A stretch of DNA of 64,000 nucleotides from Campylobacterales bacterium (GCA_038205935.1 JBBRBK010000003.1:37742-101741), one strand, 5' to 3'. Shown: positions 41,170 to 52,374, counted from the first letter of the stretch. The notes: generated from the sequence alone by a model not told the origin. Translations and numbers: made by a program.

Positions 41170-43077
41170 TTAAGCTCCTAAACCTGATAATACAGCTGAA
41201 ATTTCATCTGCATATCTCACTGCTAATCCAAAAGCAACCGCTAAAGATAACAGTATAACTGTGCCAGCAACCATCCATCTAAGCATACTTGAAAGATTCC
41301 CGTTTTGCATATCGCGAGTATTTTCACCCGCTTTATAAATCCCATTAGCGATACAGTCAACAGTTGCATCAACAACTTTGAGATCCACTTTTTTCCAAAA
41401 CACAGTCGAGAGTTCTCTATATGGTTTTGTAATATATTCTTCATAAAAATATGGAATATAGTATTGGTTTATCAATACTTTATATACAAAACGTTTTTCA
41501 AATTCTTTGTCTTCACCCTTAAAGTTGATATATTTCTTATAAGCAAAAAATATAGCAAGGATGATAAAAAGCTGAGTCCCAATGATCATGGTCCATTCTG
41601 TCACTTCAGAATGAATATGATACTCAGTATTTGGAAGAATTTTTGTCACCATCTCAAAGTATGTTGATTTAAATGAACCTGCAATGACAGCTAAGATTGC
41701 AAGTGGACTCATCGCAATAAGTACAAACTTATATGCTTCATGCGGATGAAAACCAAATACTTTATATCTCTCTTCACCATGAAAGATAAGAGCAACTAAA
41801 CGGAAAGAGTAAAACGCTGTCATACCCGCTGTAAGTAAAAGTACAGTGTAGATCACATAGTGATGTTCAACAAAACCAACCTCTAAAATCGCATCTTTAG
41901 AAAAGAATCCAGCCAATGGATATATACCAGCAAGTGCCACAGAAGCAAGTGTCATCATGATAAATGTCCACTTCATGCTTTTTCTTAGTCCACCCATTTT
42001 AAATGGATCAAGTTCACCATCCATCGCATGCATAACATTTCCAGCACCTAAGAATAAAAGTGCTTTAAAAAATGCGTGAGCCATCAAGTGAAACAGTGCA
42101 ACCCAGTAAGCGCCAAGACCAGCAGCCACAAACATATATCCAAGTTGTGAAAGTGTTGAATACGCGATAATACGTTTCATGTCACGGTTCACAAGAGCCA
42201 TAGTCGCAGCAAACATTGCAACGAAAGCTCCTAAACTTGCGATAAAGAGTCCCATTTCAGGAATCATATGATAAAGTGGATTTGCACGAACAACAAGATA
42301 AACTCCGGCAGTAACCATTGTCGCAGCATGAATAAGTGCAGAAACAGGAGTTGGACCTTCCATCGCATCGGCAAGCCAAGTGTGTAGAGGAAACTGAGCA
42401 GATTTACCCATTGCGCCTATAAATAAAAATACGCCTATATACATAAGTGTTATATTATCAAGTGTTGGCATAACAGCAAACGCTTTGTCATATTGAAGTG
42501 ATCCTGTATTCCAGTAAATCAAGAAGATACCGATAAGCATCCCAAGGTCAGCAATACGGTTCATAATGAAAGCTTCATTTGCCGCCCAAGTAGCGCTCTC
42601 TTTGTGGTACCAAAAACCAATCAGTAACCAAGAACAAAGACCAACACCCTCCCATCCAATGAAAAGACCTGCAAAGTTATCACTCATAACTAAAACCATC
42701 ATCGAGAAAACAAATGCTGATAGGTAAGAGAAGAAACGATTAAATCCTTTATCGTGATCCATATAACCTATAGAGTATACATGTACAACTGTTGAAACCG
42801 TAGTCACGACCATCATCATAGTAACACTGACTTGATCCACTACAAAACCAAAAGGGATATAAAGATTCCCCGCAGCCATCCACTCCATCATCTCTACATG
42901 TACAGTTTGCCCGTTGAGCACATATCCAAGCAAAACTGCGCTGGAAAGAAACGATGCAAAAAGTAAAGAAGAGTTTACAACTCCTGTAAGCAATGTTTTT
43001 GGAGAAGCTCCAAAAAGACCTGCAAATAGTGCGCCAACAAGCGGTGAAAACAGTGCTATATATAAGTATAATTCCAT
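41170..43077 (-). CDS. nuoL: NADH-quinone oxidoreductase subunit L
   Basis: GKSAQFPLHTWLADAMEGPTPVSALIH. Confidence 0.97.
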   Translation of the reverse strand: MELYLYIALFSPLVGALFAGLFGASPKTLLTGVVNSSLLFASFLSSAVLLGYVLNGQTVHVEMMEWMAAGNLYIPFGFVVDQVSVTMMMVVTTVSTVVHVYSIGYMDHDKGFNRFFSYLSAFVFSMMVLVMSDNFAGLFIGWEGVGLCSWLLIGFWYHKESATWAANEAFIMNRIADLGMLIGIFLIYWNTGSLQYDKAFAVMPTLDNITLMYIGVFLFIGAMGKSAQFPLHTWLADAMEGPTPVSALIHAATMVTAGVYLVVRANPLYHMIPEMGLFIASLGAFVAMFAATMALVNRDMKRIIAYSTLSQLGYMFVAAGLGAYWVALFHLMAHAFFKALLFLGAGNVMHAMDGELDPFKMGGLRKSMKWTFIMMTLASVALAGIYPLAGFFSKDAILEVGFVEHHYVIYTVLLLTAGMTAFYSFRLVALIFHGEERYKVFGFHPHEAYKFVLIAMSPLAILAVIAGSFKSTYFEMVTKILPNTEYHIHSEVTEWTMIIGTQLFIILAIFFAYKKYINFKGEDKEFEKRFVYKVLINQYYIPYFYEEYITKPYRELSTVFWKKVDLKVVDATVDCIANGIYKAGENTRDMQNGNLSSMLRWMVAGTVILLSLAVAFGLAVRYADEISAVLSGLGA

Positions 43078-43081
43078 TCTT

Positions 43082-43390
43082 TTATCCTCTCATTGATGAC
43101 ATAGCGTCAAGATTAATATTGCCATTACGTTTGTACCAGACTATTAATAGACCAAGTCCTACAGCAACTTCAGACGCAGCGATAGCTATGATAAAAAATG
43201 CAAACATCTGTCCTGTAAGGTCATTGTAATAATGTGATATAGCTGCAAAACCAATATTTACAGCATTAAGTAAAATCTCTGTAGCAAAAAAGAGCATCAA
43301 AAGATTTTTACGTCTCATCACACCAAGTAAGCCTATTGAAAATAAAACTGTTGAGAGTACGAGATAATGTGTTAAACCAATTTCCATCAT
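43082..43390 (-). CDS. nuoK: NADH-quinone oxidoreductase subunit K
   Basis: EILLNAVN, AASEVAVGL. Confidence 0.95.
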   Translation of the reverse strand: MMEIGLTHYLVLSTVLFSIGLLGVMRRKNLLMLFFATEILLNAVNIGFAAISHYYNDLTGQMFAFFIIAIAASEVAVGLGLLIVWYKRNGNINLDAMSSMRG

Positions 43391-43959
43391 AGTAGCACCT
43401 TTCTTGTAGCTTCTTCAGCTATCACAATCTCTTCTTCACCCATAAGTGTTAATGATCTATCCATTTTCTTGCCTGCTAAAACGATTCCTGCCACCATAGC
43501 AACAAGTAACATAACGGCTGCAAGTTCAAAAGGTACAAGATATTTCGTAAACAAAACCATACCAACAGACTGAGAGTTTGTTGCTCCAGCAATGAGCGGA
43601 GCAGTTACTTGAATCTTTGTACTCACAATTGGAGCAACGAAGATAAGGACGACAAAAACTGCAGATAAAATAGAAAGTCCAGCAGTAATAAGTGATGATC
43701 CACTTCTCTCTTTAATCTCTCTTGTTGTATCAAAAAACATCATACCAAATGCATAAAGGGCCATAACGGCGCCTGTATAAACGATAATCTGAACAACTCC
43801 TAAGAAATCAGCACCTAACATGAAAAAGAATGCTGATATGAAAATCATTCCCGCTGCCAATGCAGTTAGTGCAAACAGTGCCTGTTTTGTTGTTACAGTG
43901 ATGTAAAACATAACAACTGTTAATATTGAAAACAGATAAAAAGCGATTGCTTCAAACAT
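43387..43959 (-). CDS. nuoJ: NADH-quinone oxidoreductase subunit J
   Basis: QIIVYTGAV, PFELAA. Confidence 0.95.
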   Translation of the reverse strand: MFEAIAFYLFSILTVVMFYITVTTKQALFALTALAAGMIFISAFFFMLGADFLGVVQIIVYTGAVMALYAFGMMFFDTTREIKERSGSSLITAGLSILSAVFVVLIFVAPIVSTKIQVTAPLIAGATNSQSVGMVLFTKYLVPFELAAVMLLVAMVAGIVLAGKKMDRSLTLMGEEEIVIAEEATRKVLL

Positions 43960-43968
43960 TTATACTCC

Positions 43969-44586
43969 TTAATATGCGAGAGGTGTCTTTTTGACACGCT
44001 CATCTTCATGTGGTGTGATAGCACCGAAACCTTCAAACTCTTGTTGCTGACCAGCTTTTAGCATATCGATTGGTGTTAACATATCTTCATACATAACAAA
44101 GTGTGCTCTTTGTTCACTTGCATTTTCATATCTTCCACCATGAGTGATTGCTAGCTCAGGACAGACCTCTGCACAGTAACCACAAAAGATACAACGTCCA
44201 AGATTAATGCTGTATTCACTAACCTCTTTACGAGAGTTTTCATCAATTTTTGTTTCCATACGGATACAATCAGAAATACAGATCTTTTCACAAAGTCCAC
44301 ATCCAATACATCTCTCAGTCCCAGATTCCCAGAGACGTTTCATCTCATGCACTGCGCGGTAACGTGGGCCTATAGGCATCTTCTCTTTTGGATACTGAAC
44401 TGTATGAATATCAAATTTGATCATCTCACGAAGTACAATCCAAAGACCAACAAAAAGTTCGCCTTGAAAAGTACGTTTTACAACGCGTTTGAATTTTCCC
44501 CAACCATCAGTAGGATAATCTTCAATGTCAACTAAGAAATATTCTTCACCTACGTTTCTGTTTTTAAACTGTTCTATATTACTCAT
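43969..44586 (-). CDS. nuoI: NADH-quinone oxidoreductase subunit I
   Basis: Two CxxCxxCxxxC 4Fe-4S motifs. Confidence 0.96.
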   Translation of the reverse strand: MSNIEQFKNRNVGEEYFLVDIEDYPTDGWGKFKRVVKRTFQGELFVGLWIVLREMIKFDIHTVQYPKEKMPIGPRYRAVHEMKRLWESGTERCIGCGLCEKICISDCIRMETKIDENSRKEVSEYSINLGRCIFCGYCAEVCPELAITHGGRYENASEQRAHFVMYEDMLTPIDMLKAGQQQEFEGFGAITPHEDERVKKTPLAY

Positions 44587-44595
44587 AATCGCCCC

Positions 44596-45585
44596 TTAAA
44601 ACATCATCACAAAGCCGGTAACGACTACGTTTACTACAGCTAATGGCATAAGCACTTTCCAACATAGCCACATCAATTGATCTGGTCTAACATCTGGCCA
44701 AGCAGCTCTTGTCCACAAGAAGAAGAAAAAGAAAAATGAAACCTTACCAATAAGTGCTAAAGCACCGAGTAAGCCACCATCTCCAAATCCGCCAAGAAAT
44801 ACTAATGCTATAACAAACGAGATGAAGAACATATTTGCATATTCCCCAATAAAGAAAAGACCCCATCTCATACCTGAATACTCAGTACCAAAACCATCGA
44901 TGATCTCATGGTCGTTTGCGATCAAGTGAAACGGTGTACGCCCAGTTTCAGCAAAAGCCGCGATCCAAAAAAGGATAAATGCAAGCGGTTGGCTCCACAC
45001 TAACCAATGAGTGATGCCTCCAACTTGGTAGTTGTTAAAGTCGATCAGTGAAAGTGAACCTACCATCATAATCGGCGCAAGAAGTGATAAACCAGTGACA
45101 ACTTCGTATGAAATAAAAATCGCCGATGTACGCGCTGCTGAGATAAGAGAAAACTTATTTGCAGAAGCCATACCACCAAGAAGTAGACCATAAAGACCAA
45201 TAGCCATAACAGCCAGTACATACAGTAAACCTATTTCAGTATCAGCGACAATCGGATGAACTGTGTAACCAAACACAGTAAACTGAGGCCAAAACGGAAT
45301 CGCAGCAGCTGCCATAAAAGCTGTTGCTGCAGTGATTATAGGTGCAAACTTAAATATCGGAGCTACTACATTTTGAGGGATAATATCCTCTTTAGTAAAT
45401 AGCTTGATACCATCTGCCGCAACTTGCAAAAGTCCATACGGTCCAACACTCATCGGCCCTAAACGGCGTTGCATAAATGCAAGTACCTTACGCTCAAAAT
45501 ATGTTCCTAGTCCCGCCAAAGCAGAAAAAATCAACATAATCACAACGATTTTTAGAACCGTTTCAATTAAATATGCCATATCCAT
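44596..45585 (-). CDS. nuoH: NADH-quinone oxidoreductase subunit H
   Basis: ERKVLA..QRRLGP, ADGIKLFTKE. Confidence 0.97.
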   Translation of the reverse strand: MDMAYLIETVLKIVVIMLIFSALAGLGTYFERKVLAFMQRRLGPMSVGPYGLLQVAADGIKLFTKEDIIPQNVVAPIFKFAPIITAATAFMAAAAIPFWPQFTVFGYTVHPIVADTEIGLLYVLAVMAIGLYGLLLGGMASANKFSLISAARTSAIFISYEVVTGLSLLAPIMMVGSLSLIDFNNYQVGGITHWLVWSQPLAFILFWIAAFAETGRTPFHLIANDHEIIDGFGTEYSGMRWGLFFIGEYANMFFISFVIALVFLGGFGDGGLLGALALIGKVSFFFFFFLWTRAAWPDVRPDQLMWLCWKVLMPLAVVNVVVTGFVMMF

Positions 45586-45587
45586 AC

Positions 45588-48074
45588 TTACACCCCTTGT
45601 ATTGTAGCTGTACTAAAGCGGTAACCGCTAAAGAGAGCCTGCGAATTTAGATTTGAATCAAAAGTCGGAAGAGTCGCTATCTCTCCTTCTATTTTGTTGT
45701 CACTGACGATTTTTGTGATCAACTCACCGTTTTGTGTTTTCACTTTTACAGTGTCACCCTCGTTGAGGTTACTTGTTTTGAGGTAAGATTCACTCATATA
45801 AATCCCAACTTCTTCTTTGAGATTCTCTGAAACATGAGTAAATTCACTAAACTGGCGAACCGGATTTGCTAGGTATATGATACTGCCATCTAGCTTAGTA
45901 TCGAGAATCTCTTCGACTGACTCATCAGTAGACATTTCATTACTAATGATATCAAGCACATAACCTCTTACTTCTGTACCATCATTTTCATAACGGTTTG
46001 GAAGGTTGTCAAAAAGTTCTGCTTTGAAACCTTTACATGGTGGCAGTTTAGCGGTGTAATCTATTGTCAATTTAGTACTAAGACCAAGAGCATTTGCTAT
46101 ATCATTAAGCTCATAGCCTTTATATCCGACTGCTGCATTTGTAGGATTTACACGCTTATCGATACTAGTTAATGTTCCCTCTTGCTGATTGATCGCCGGC
46201 ATATCAAGATCGCCATTACCAAGTGCGCTTAGAGTAAAATCACCTTTTGTGTTATAACCGACTGTATAACTTCCTTTTGCATCATCAAGCTCACAGATGA
46301 GTGAAACGCCAAGCGTATTTGTAAGACTTGGAATCATTACAAGTTTAAATGCACTGTATTTTTCTAAAAGTGCTACTAAACGAGCTAGATTTTTAGCATT
46401 TGGATGTGTGTAAAGATCCGGTCCGACAATAAGAGAGAAACTCTCTTTTTTCGCTAAAAATTTTTCTAGACTTTCACTAAAGTTTTGAGGTGCATCAACA
46501 ATCTCTAAAAGAGCATTTTCATCGACTTGAACCTCTTTAGAGATTTTTTTAGGAACCATAGAAGTTTTTTCCTCTTCTACTTCTTCCTCTTCGCCTGTTT
46601 CTTCATTCACTTTTTTAACTTTAACGATCTCAGTTACTTTTTCTTTGATCGTTTCTTCAATTGTTACAGTTTTTTCTGAATGAAATGTTGCAATGTATTC
46701 AACTACCGAAGCAGGAAGTTTTGATTTGTCAGCGAAAAGATCAAGTAAAAGATATAAAACTGCTTCTTCAGTCAGTGGAGCGTGAGCAATACTCATCACA
46801 TTTTTGCCTATTCCATCAATGATAGGATCTTTTAGAGGATGAAAATAAAGTCCCGCACCTTTGTTCATACTGATTGCATTGTTAAATGCATATCTTGCAT
46901 TTGGATTGTCAGTTTTGAGAGCTGTTCCTACAGAAATGACAAAATCAGCCCCGTGTGTCTGCGGCAAATCACTTCCATATAAAGATGTTCCACTTATCTC
47001 ACTATAGTTTTTCAAAAATGTCTGAAATGCTTTTGCTTCCACGTTTACAAGTTTGTAACCAAACTTCTCTTTCAATGACTGAAGGATAAAAGCTTCTTCA
47101 TTTGTGATTGTAGAAGTAAACGCTAAAGTATCCGCTTTTTTGAACGCTTCTACTGCTTTTGCAAATGCCACTTCATCTTTAGCTTCGACTTTATTGTCAT
47201 AATCAAATCCATAACGTCCAGCGCCACAAAGTGATACATAATTCCATTCGTTCATAACACGATAAATTTTACCATCAGAATTTTCAATACTTGTATGTTT
47301 AACATCATAAGTGATCTGACATCCCGCGCTACAGTGTCCACAAGTCGCAGGAACTTGTTTTAATTCCCAAGCATTTGATTTGTATATAAAATGTGTATCT
47401 ACAAGCGCACCAACCGGACAAACAGCCGCACATTCGCCGCATGATGTACAGTCAAGCATCTCTTCGCCGCTTGTAAGTCCAATAATAGATTTGTTCAGCT
47501 TATTCCACATTGCATACGCATCTTTTGGCATATTCTCTTTATGCTCGTTATCGATAGCATCGGCATTACGAGAAACGGTTTTTAAGGCATTGTCGCCAAT
47601 CATGTCCTTACAGACAGTCACACATCTCTCACAAACAATACAAAGGCCAGGGTTATAATGGATATGTCCCCAATCTTTATCTTTTCTGCCCACATCCTTA
47701 ATAGCGTAGCTCTGAGAATCTACTCCCATCTCTAAGGTATAATTTTGAAGCTCACACTCTCCTGATTGGTCACAAACTCCACATTCTAGGGGATGATTTA
47801 CATCATAAACTTCCATAATCGCGCGACGTTCTGTCTCGATATTTTCTGTCGAAGTCGTGATATTCATACCATCTTTAGCTTTGGCATTACATGCATACAC
47901 TTGTTTGCCATCAGCTTCAACAAGACAAAGACGACAAGCCAAAGTTGGACTACAACGTGTGAGATAACAAATAGCAGGGATAAAGATATCATTTGCACGA
48001 GCGGCATTTAATATAAATTCCCCCTCCTCTGTTTGTATTTCGCGGCCATCTATATTTATAGTAATATTACTCAT
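45588..48074 (-). CDS. nuoG: NADH-quinone oxidoreductase subunit G, paralog 2
   Basis: CRLCLVE, HPLECGVCDQSGECELQ, CIVCERC, CGHCSAGC. Confidence 0.9.
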   Translation of the reverse strand: MSNITINIDGREIQTEEGEFILNAARANDIFIPAICYLTRCSPTLACRLCLVEADGKQVYACNAKAKDGMNITTSTENIETERRAIMEVYDVNHPLECGVCDQSGECELQNYTLEMGVDSQSYAIKDVGRKDKDWGHIHYNPGLCIVCERCVTVCKDMIGDNALKTVSRNADAIDNEHKENMPKDAYAMWNKLNKSIIGLTSGEEMLDCTSCGECAAVCPVGALVDTHFIYKSNAWELKQVPATCGHCSAGCQITYDVKHTSIENSDGKIYRVMNEWNYVSLCGAGRYGFDYDNKVEAKDEVAFAKAVEAFKKADTLAFTSTITNEEAFILQSLKEKFGYKLVNVEAKAFQTFLKNYSEISGTSLYGSDLPQTHGADFVISVGTALKTDNPNARYAFNNAISMNKGAGLYFHPLKDPIIDGIGKNVMSIAHAPLTEEAVLYLLLDLFADKSKLPASVVEYIATFHSEKTVTIEETIKEKVTEIVKVKKVNEETGEEEEVEEEKTSMVPKKISKEVQVDENALLEIVDAPQNFSESLEKFLAKKESFSLIVGPDLYTHPNAKNLARLVALLEKYSAFKLVMIPSLTNTLGVSLICELDDAKGSYTVGYNTKGDFTLSALGNGDLDMPAINQQEGTLTSIDKRVNPTNAAVGYKGYELNDIANALGLSTKLTIDYTAKLPPCKGFKAELFDNLPNRYENDGTEVRGYVLDIISNEMSTDESVEEILDTKLDGSIIYLANPVRQFSEFTHVSENLKEEVGIYMSESYLKTSNLNEGDTVKVKTQNGELITKIVSDNKIEGEIATLPTFDSNLNSQALFSGYRFSTATIQGV

Positions 48075-50322
48075 GGTTCACTCTCATAATTTTAGATTTT
48101 TGAAATCTGTAACTGTTGATACTTTCGTCTAAATCAAAAGTAGGATTTAACGCGATTGTACCCTTTAAAGATTTATCCTGCTTGAAAGTACGGATGAATG
48201 TTTTATCTGCAAAACTTATTTCAACTCTATCTCCATCACTTACCCGTGCTGCTGCTGCAAACTGTGCAGAACCTCTTAGCGTTGTATCACGCTCAAGTTG
48301 TTTTGTGATATTTGTATATGCATTAAACTGTAGCACAGGATTGACGTTATAGATAATCGTTCCATTAAATTCTGGAAGAGAATCTAGTTCATCCAATGAT
48401 CCATCCATTACCACTTCTACTTCATCTAGTAAATAGCCTCTGATATCTTCACCTAAAGGTGTAAGAAAGTTTTCAAGTGAATCAAATTCAACCGCTTTAA
48501 AGCCGTTCTCAACTGGAAGTTCTTTAGTGAAATCTATAGTATCTTTCTTGCCTATGCCAAAAACTTTTGCAAGATCAAGAAGTTCATACCCACCAAATGC
48601 TAAGGCCGAGTTTGTAGGAATAACACGATTGTCGATGCTTACAAATGTTCCCTCTTGTTGATTGAGTGCGGGAGCAGCTAAATCTGCTTCTCTAAGACTT
48701 GAAATAACAAAACTTCCCTTGTCGTTATAACCAACAACATTTTCCAGAGTATTATCATCATTATCAAGCTTACATGTAAGGCTTACCCCGAGCGTATTGA
48801 CATCGCGTGGCACAACAACAACAGAAATATCCGTGTATTTTTCTATAACCGCTGCAAGTTTTGCAATATTTTGAGCCTCTTTATGTGCGATAAGATCATT
48901 GCCTATCACTAAAACTCTATTTTTTGTTCTTGTTAGAGATTTCATCATTAAAGTGAATTCTTCTTCACCGATGTTAGTTTCAGCACTTAAATATCCATCA
49001 TCTAAATCATCAAAAAATGCTTTTTCTTCATCACTAAGTTCTACATTTTCAAGTAAATATTTAGCAAGAAGAGCCATCACACCCTCTTCTGTTCCCACTT
49101 CGTATTTTAAAAATTGTGTAATGGTATTTTGCATCAAAACATCTTCTATTGGATGTGCATAAATAATTTTAGCGCCATTATGTTTTGCAGCCGTTGTGAT
49201 TGCATATCTTACAGCTGGATTATCTGTTGCTATCATTGAACCTATGACGATCACGGCATCAGCTTGTTTTACAGCCTCAAGTGTCGCACTGTAATGTTTT
49301 TTACCACTGATACTTGCATACGCATCCATAAACACGCCGAATTTTCTTGCATCTTCATTATAAAGCTTGATACCAAGTTTTTCTTTTAATCTTTGTAAAA
49401 TCAAAGCCTCTTCATTTGTGATCATTGAGCTAAAACGAACGGCTTTTGCATTTTTGAGTGCTTCAACTGCGCTTGCAAATGCAGCCTCATCTTTTGAAGC
49501 TTTATTATCAAAATCAAATCCAAATCTTCCAGCACCACAAAGTGAAGTAAACTCAAAATTGTTTTTCACTCTGTAAATAGCATCATCTTTAGACGAGATT
49601 CCTGTATGTCTTGTTTCATATTCAAGTGAACAACCGCCTGAACAATGTGCGCATGTAGCTGGAACGCGTGTCAATTCCCAAGCATTTGCACTGTATTTAA
49701 AACCATTGCTTACAAGTGCGCCAACAGGACAAACTGCGATACACTCACCACAAAACGTACAGTCAAGTGTATCTGAGTTTTTAGGAATAACTTTTGATTT
49801 GTACCCACCAAACTGAAGGTCTATGGCATCATCTCCTATGACTTCATTGCAAACATGAACACATTTCTCACACAAGATACAAAGAGCTGGATCATAGTTT
49901 ATCAGACCCCAATTCTCAATTTGGCGATGTTGATCACGAGCTGAAAAATTCTGCTGTGCAACATCAAATTCTAAAGTCTTATTTTGAAGATCACACTCAC
50001 CAGATTTGTCGCAAACTCCACATTCTAAAGGATGATTGACATCATAAAGTTTCATAATATTTGTGCGTTCTTGCTCTAAAACATCGCTATTTGTTGTTAT
50101 TACAATTCCGTTTGTTGGAGGAGTATTACACGAAAGAACAAGTCCATCAACTCCAGCAGCTTCTACCACACACATGCGACAAGATGCACAAGGCGTTGTT
50201 TTAGAGATATAACACATCGTAGGGATATAGATTCCCTCACGGCGTGCCACCGTTAAAATCGTTTCACCTTTTTTAGCAGTTACGGCTTTGCCATCAATGG
50301 TAAAGTTTATTAATTTACTCAT
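48067..50322 (-). CDS. nuoG: NADH-quinone oxidoreductase subunit G, paralog 1
   Basis: CRMCVVE, HPLECGVCDKSGECDLQ, CILCEKC, CAHCSGGC. Confidence 0.9.
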   Translation of the reverse strand: MSKLINFTIDGKAVTAKKGETILTVARREGIYIPTMCYISKTTPCASCRMCVVEAAGVDGLVLSCNTPPTNGIVITTNSDVLEQERTNIMKLYDVNHPLECGVCDKSGECDLQNKTLEFDVAQQNFSARDQHRQIENWGLINYDPALCILCEKCVHVCNEVIGDDAIDLQFGGYKSKVIPKNSDTLDCTFCGECIAVCPVGALVSNGFKYSANAWELTRVPATCAHCSGGCSLEYETRHTGISSKDDAIYRVKNNFEFTSLCGAGRFGFDFDNKASKDEAAFASAVEALKNAKAVRFSSMITNEEALILQRLKEKLGIKLYNEDARKFGVFMDAYASISGKKHYSATLEAVKQADAVIVIGSMIATDNPAVRYAITTAAKHNGAKIIYAHPIEDVLMQNTITQFLKYEVGTEEGVMALLAKYLLENVELSDEEKAFFDDLDDGYLSAETNIGEEEFTLMMKSLTRTKNRVLVIGNDLIAHKEAQNIAKLAAVIEKYTDISVVVVPRDVNTLGVSLTCKLDNDDNTLENVVGYNDKGSFVISSLREADLAAPALNQQEGTFVSIDNRVIPTNSALAFGGYELLDLAKVFGIGKKDTIDFTKELPVENGFKAVEFDSLENFLTPLGEDIRGYLLDEVEVVMDGSLDELDSLPEFNGTIIYNVNPVLQFNAYTNITKQLERDTTLRGSAQFAAAARVSDGDRVEISFADKTFIRTFKQDKSLKGTIALNPTFDLDESINSYRFQKSKIMRVNHE

Positions 50323-50331
50323 AGAATCTCC

Positions 50332-52365
50332 TTAAACTGCTGTCATAGCGATATAGTAACAACGCATACATCTGTCTGCTTCACTCATTGCTTCTTCTTG
50401 CGTAAAGCCCAAGTTCACCTCTTTGTTGTTTGTTTTACGATCATCAACATCAAGTTTTAGACTTACTTCTCGAGGTAATCCCGGAAGCCAGCCTGTTACT
50501 TTCTCTTTTTTATCATATACACGAAGTTTGCGTAAGTGATCTTCCATGATCTCATCATCTGTGCGAGTTACTTCACCTGTCTGCACATATCTTGCCATAA
50601 CAGAAGATGCACGTTTTGCCTGACCAACCGCATTTACAATCGTCATCGGACCATATTCACAGTCTCCTGAAGCAAAAATTCCCTTGCGAGATGTCATATA
50701 ATCTTTACCGTTTGTCTTGATAGTCGCCCATGAAGTCATCTCTATCTCCCATTCTGATGGAAGAAGTTTTAAATCTGCACTCTGGCTTACTGCCGGAACA
50801 AGATAATCAGCTTCGATTTCATACGAAGCACCTTCAATTTTTACAAGCTGAGCACGTCCGCCGTTAGGATCAGCAACAAGTTCATATTTATCAATAAGAA
50901 GAGATTTTAAGATATTATCCTCATCTCTCATCTCAGCGACTGCTGAGTGAAATAGAAATTCTACACCCTCTTCAACAGCTTCATGGTACTCATCATACGT
51001 TGTATTACCAATGATAGTTTTTTCATCTCGACGGTAAATCATATAAACTTTTTTAGCATTTGCACGGATTGAACAGCGAACAACGTCCATAGAAGTAAAA
51101 CCGCCACCAACACAAACAACTGTTTTTCCAGTTAAATCCACATAATCAGTCGTTAAAAGATTTTCTTCTTGTTCTTCTTTAGTTATTGTATATCCATACT
51201 TTTCAAAGAGATTTACTTTATCAAGGAAATCGATTGCTCCCCAATATCCGTGAATCTCAGCTCTTTCATTATCGCAATAAACTTTTTTAGAGATTCTCGT
51301 TCCAGTTGCAACCATAATCCCATCATAGTCTTTTTCAAATTGACGCATCATATCTGCTGTAACTTTTGAATTAACAATAAAGTTAACGCCAAGATCTTTC
51401 ACACAATCGATATCTTTATTATATTTATCAATTGGCATACGGTATTCAGGAACACCCACAGCTACTTCACCACCAAGGACAGGAAGCTCTTCATAAACAT
51501 CTACTTCAATACCCTCAAGTGCAAGGTAATATGCAGTAGTAAGTCCTGCAGGTCCAGCTCCAATAACAGCGACTTTTTTACCGATACTTGATTTTTGAAC
51601 TTCAGGATGAAAAAATCCAAACCCGTGATCTGTTTCATAGTCAGCACCCAAACGTTTGAGTTCCATAATAGAGATAGGCTCATCAAGGTTTGTACGGCGA
51701 CATGCATCTTCGCATGGATGCGGACAAACACGTCCACATGTATGCGCTAGTGGCATAGTTTGGCGTGTTGCCATGAGTGAATCATCAAAACGAAGATCTC
51801 TTACACCTTCGATATATCCGGGAATGTCTACATGTGCGGGACAAGCATCAGTACAAGGAGCTGTAATTTTTGCAATGTAATTGATTGTTGCATCATAATG
51901 TTTCGATGGTTTTTTTTCATTAATACAAACTAAAAACTCTGCTTCAAAATGGGTCATAATATCCAAAATAGGGTTTGGAACTGTTTTCCCGATCTCACAT
52001 TTTGAAGTGATCTGCATACTTTTACTGATCTCTTTTAAGTGATCCATATCAGAGACTTCACCCTCACCGCGAGCGATCTTATCAAGCATATCATAAAGGA
52101 TTCTTCCGCCCCAGCGTCCAGGAGCACAACGTCCGCATGCTTCTGAGTAGACTTGGTACTGCGCTGCATATTCAGTTGCAAGACGGATAACATCAACATC
52201 TTTATTGAATATTGCCAGACCATCCCAACCAATGAAAGCTTTTGACTCTCTATGATCGTCGTACTGTGCTGGCAAGTTATATGCTGATTCTTCCCACTGA
52301 TCTTCAGGTTTGTTTATGTTGTTGATAAATTCACCATTCCAAGTGGAAAAATAGACTTTGCTCAC
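50332..52365 (-). CDS. NuoF-like 4Fe-4S domain fused to a GltD-family FAD/NAD(P) oxidoreductase
   Basis: EACGRCAPGR...SKCEIG, then CTDACP, CGRVCPHPCE..C, GAGPAG, GGGFT, YRR, RCMRC. Confidence 0.85.
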   Translation of the reverse strand: MSKVYFSTWNGEFINNINKPEDQWEESAYNLPAQYDDHRESKAFIGWDGLAIFNKDVDVIRLATEYAAQYQVYSEACGRCAPGRWGGRILYDMLDKIARGEGEVSDMDHLKEISKSMQITSKCEIGKTVPNPILDIMTHFEAEFLVCINEKKPSKHYDATINYIAKITAPCTDACPAHVDIPGYIEGVRDLRFDDSLMATRQTMPLAHTCGRVCPHPCEDACRRTNLDEPISIMELKRLGADYETDHGFGFFHPEVQKSSIGKKVAVIGAGPAGLTTAYYLALEGIEVDVYEELPVLGGEVAVGVPEYRMPIDKYNKDIDCVKDLGVNFIVNSKVTADMMRQFEKDYDGIMVATGTRISKKVYCDNERAEIHGYWGAIDFLDKVNLFEKYGYTITKEEQEENLLTTDYVDLTGKTVVCVGGGFTSMDVVRCSIRANAKKVYMIYRRDEKTIIGNTTYDEYHEAVEEGVEFLFHSAVAEMRDEDNILKSLLIDKYELVADPNGGRAQLVKIEGASYEIEADYLVPAVSQSADLKLLPSEWEIEMTSWATIKTNGKDYMTSRKGIFASGDCEYGPMTIVNAVGQAKRASSVMARYVQTGEVTRTDDEIMEDHLRKLRVYDKKEKVTGWLPGLPREVSLKLDVDDRKTNNKEVNLGFTQEEAMSEADRCMRCYYIAMTAV

Positions 52366-52374
52366 AATAACTTC

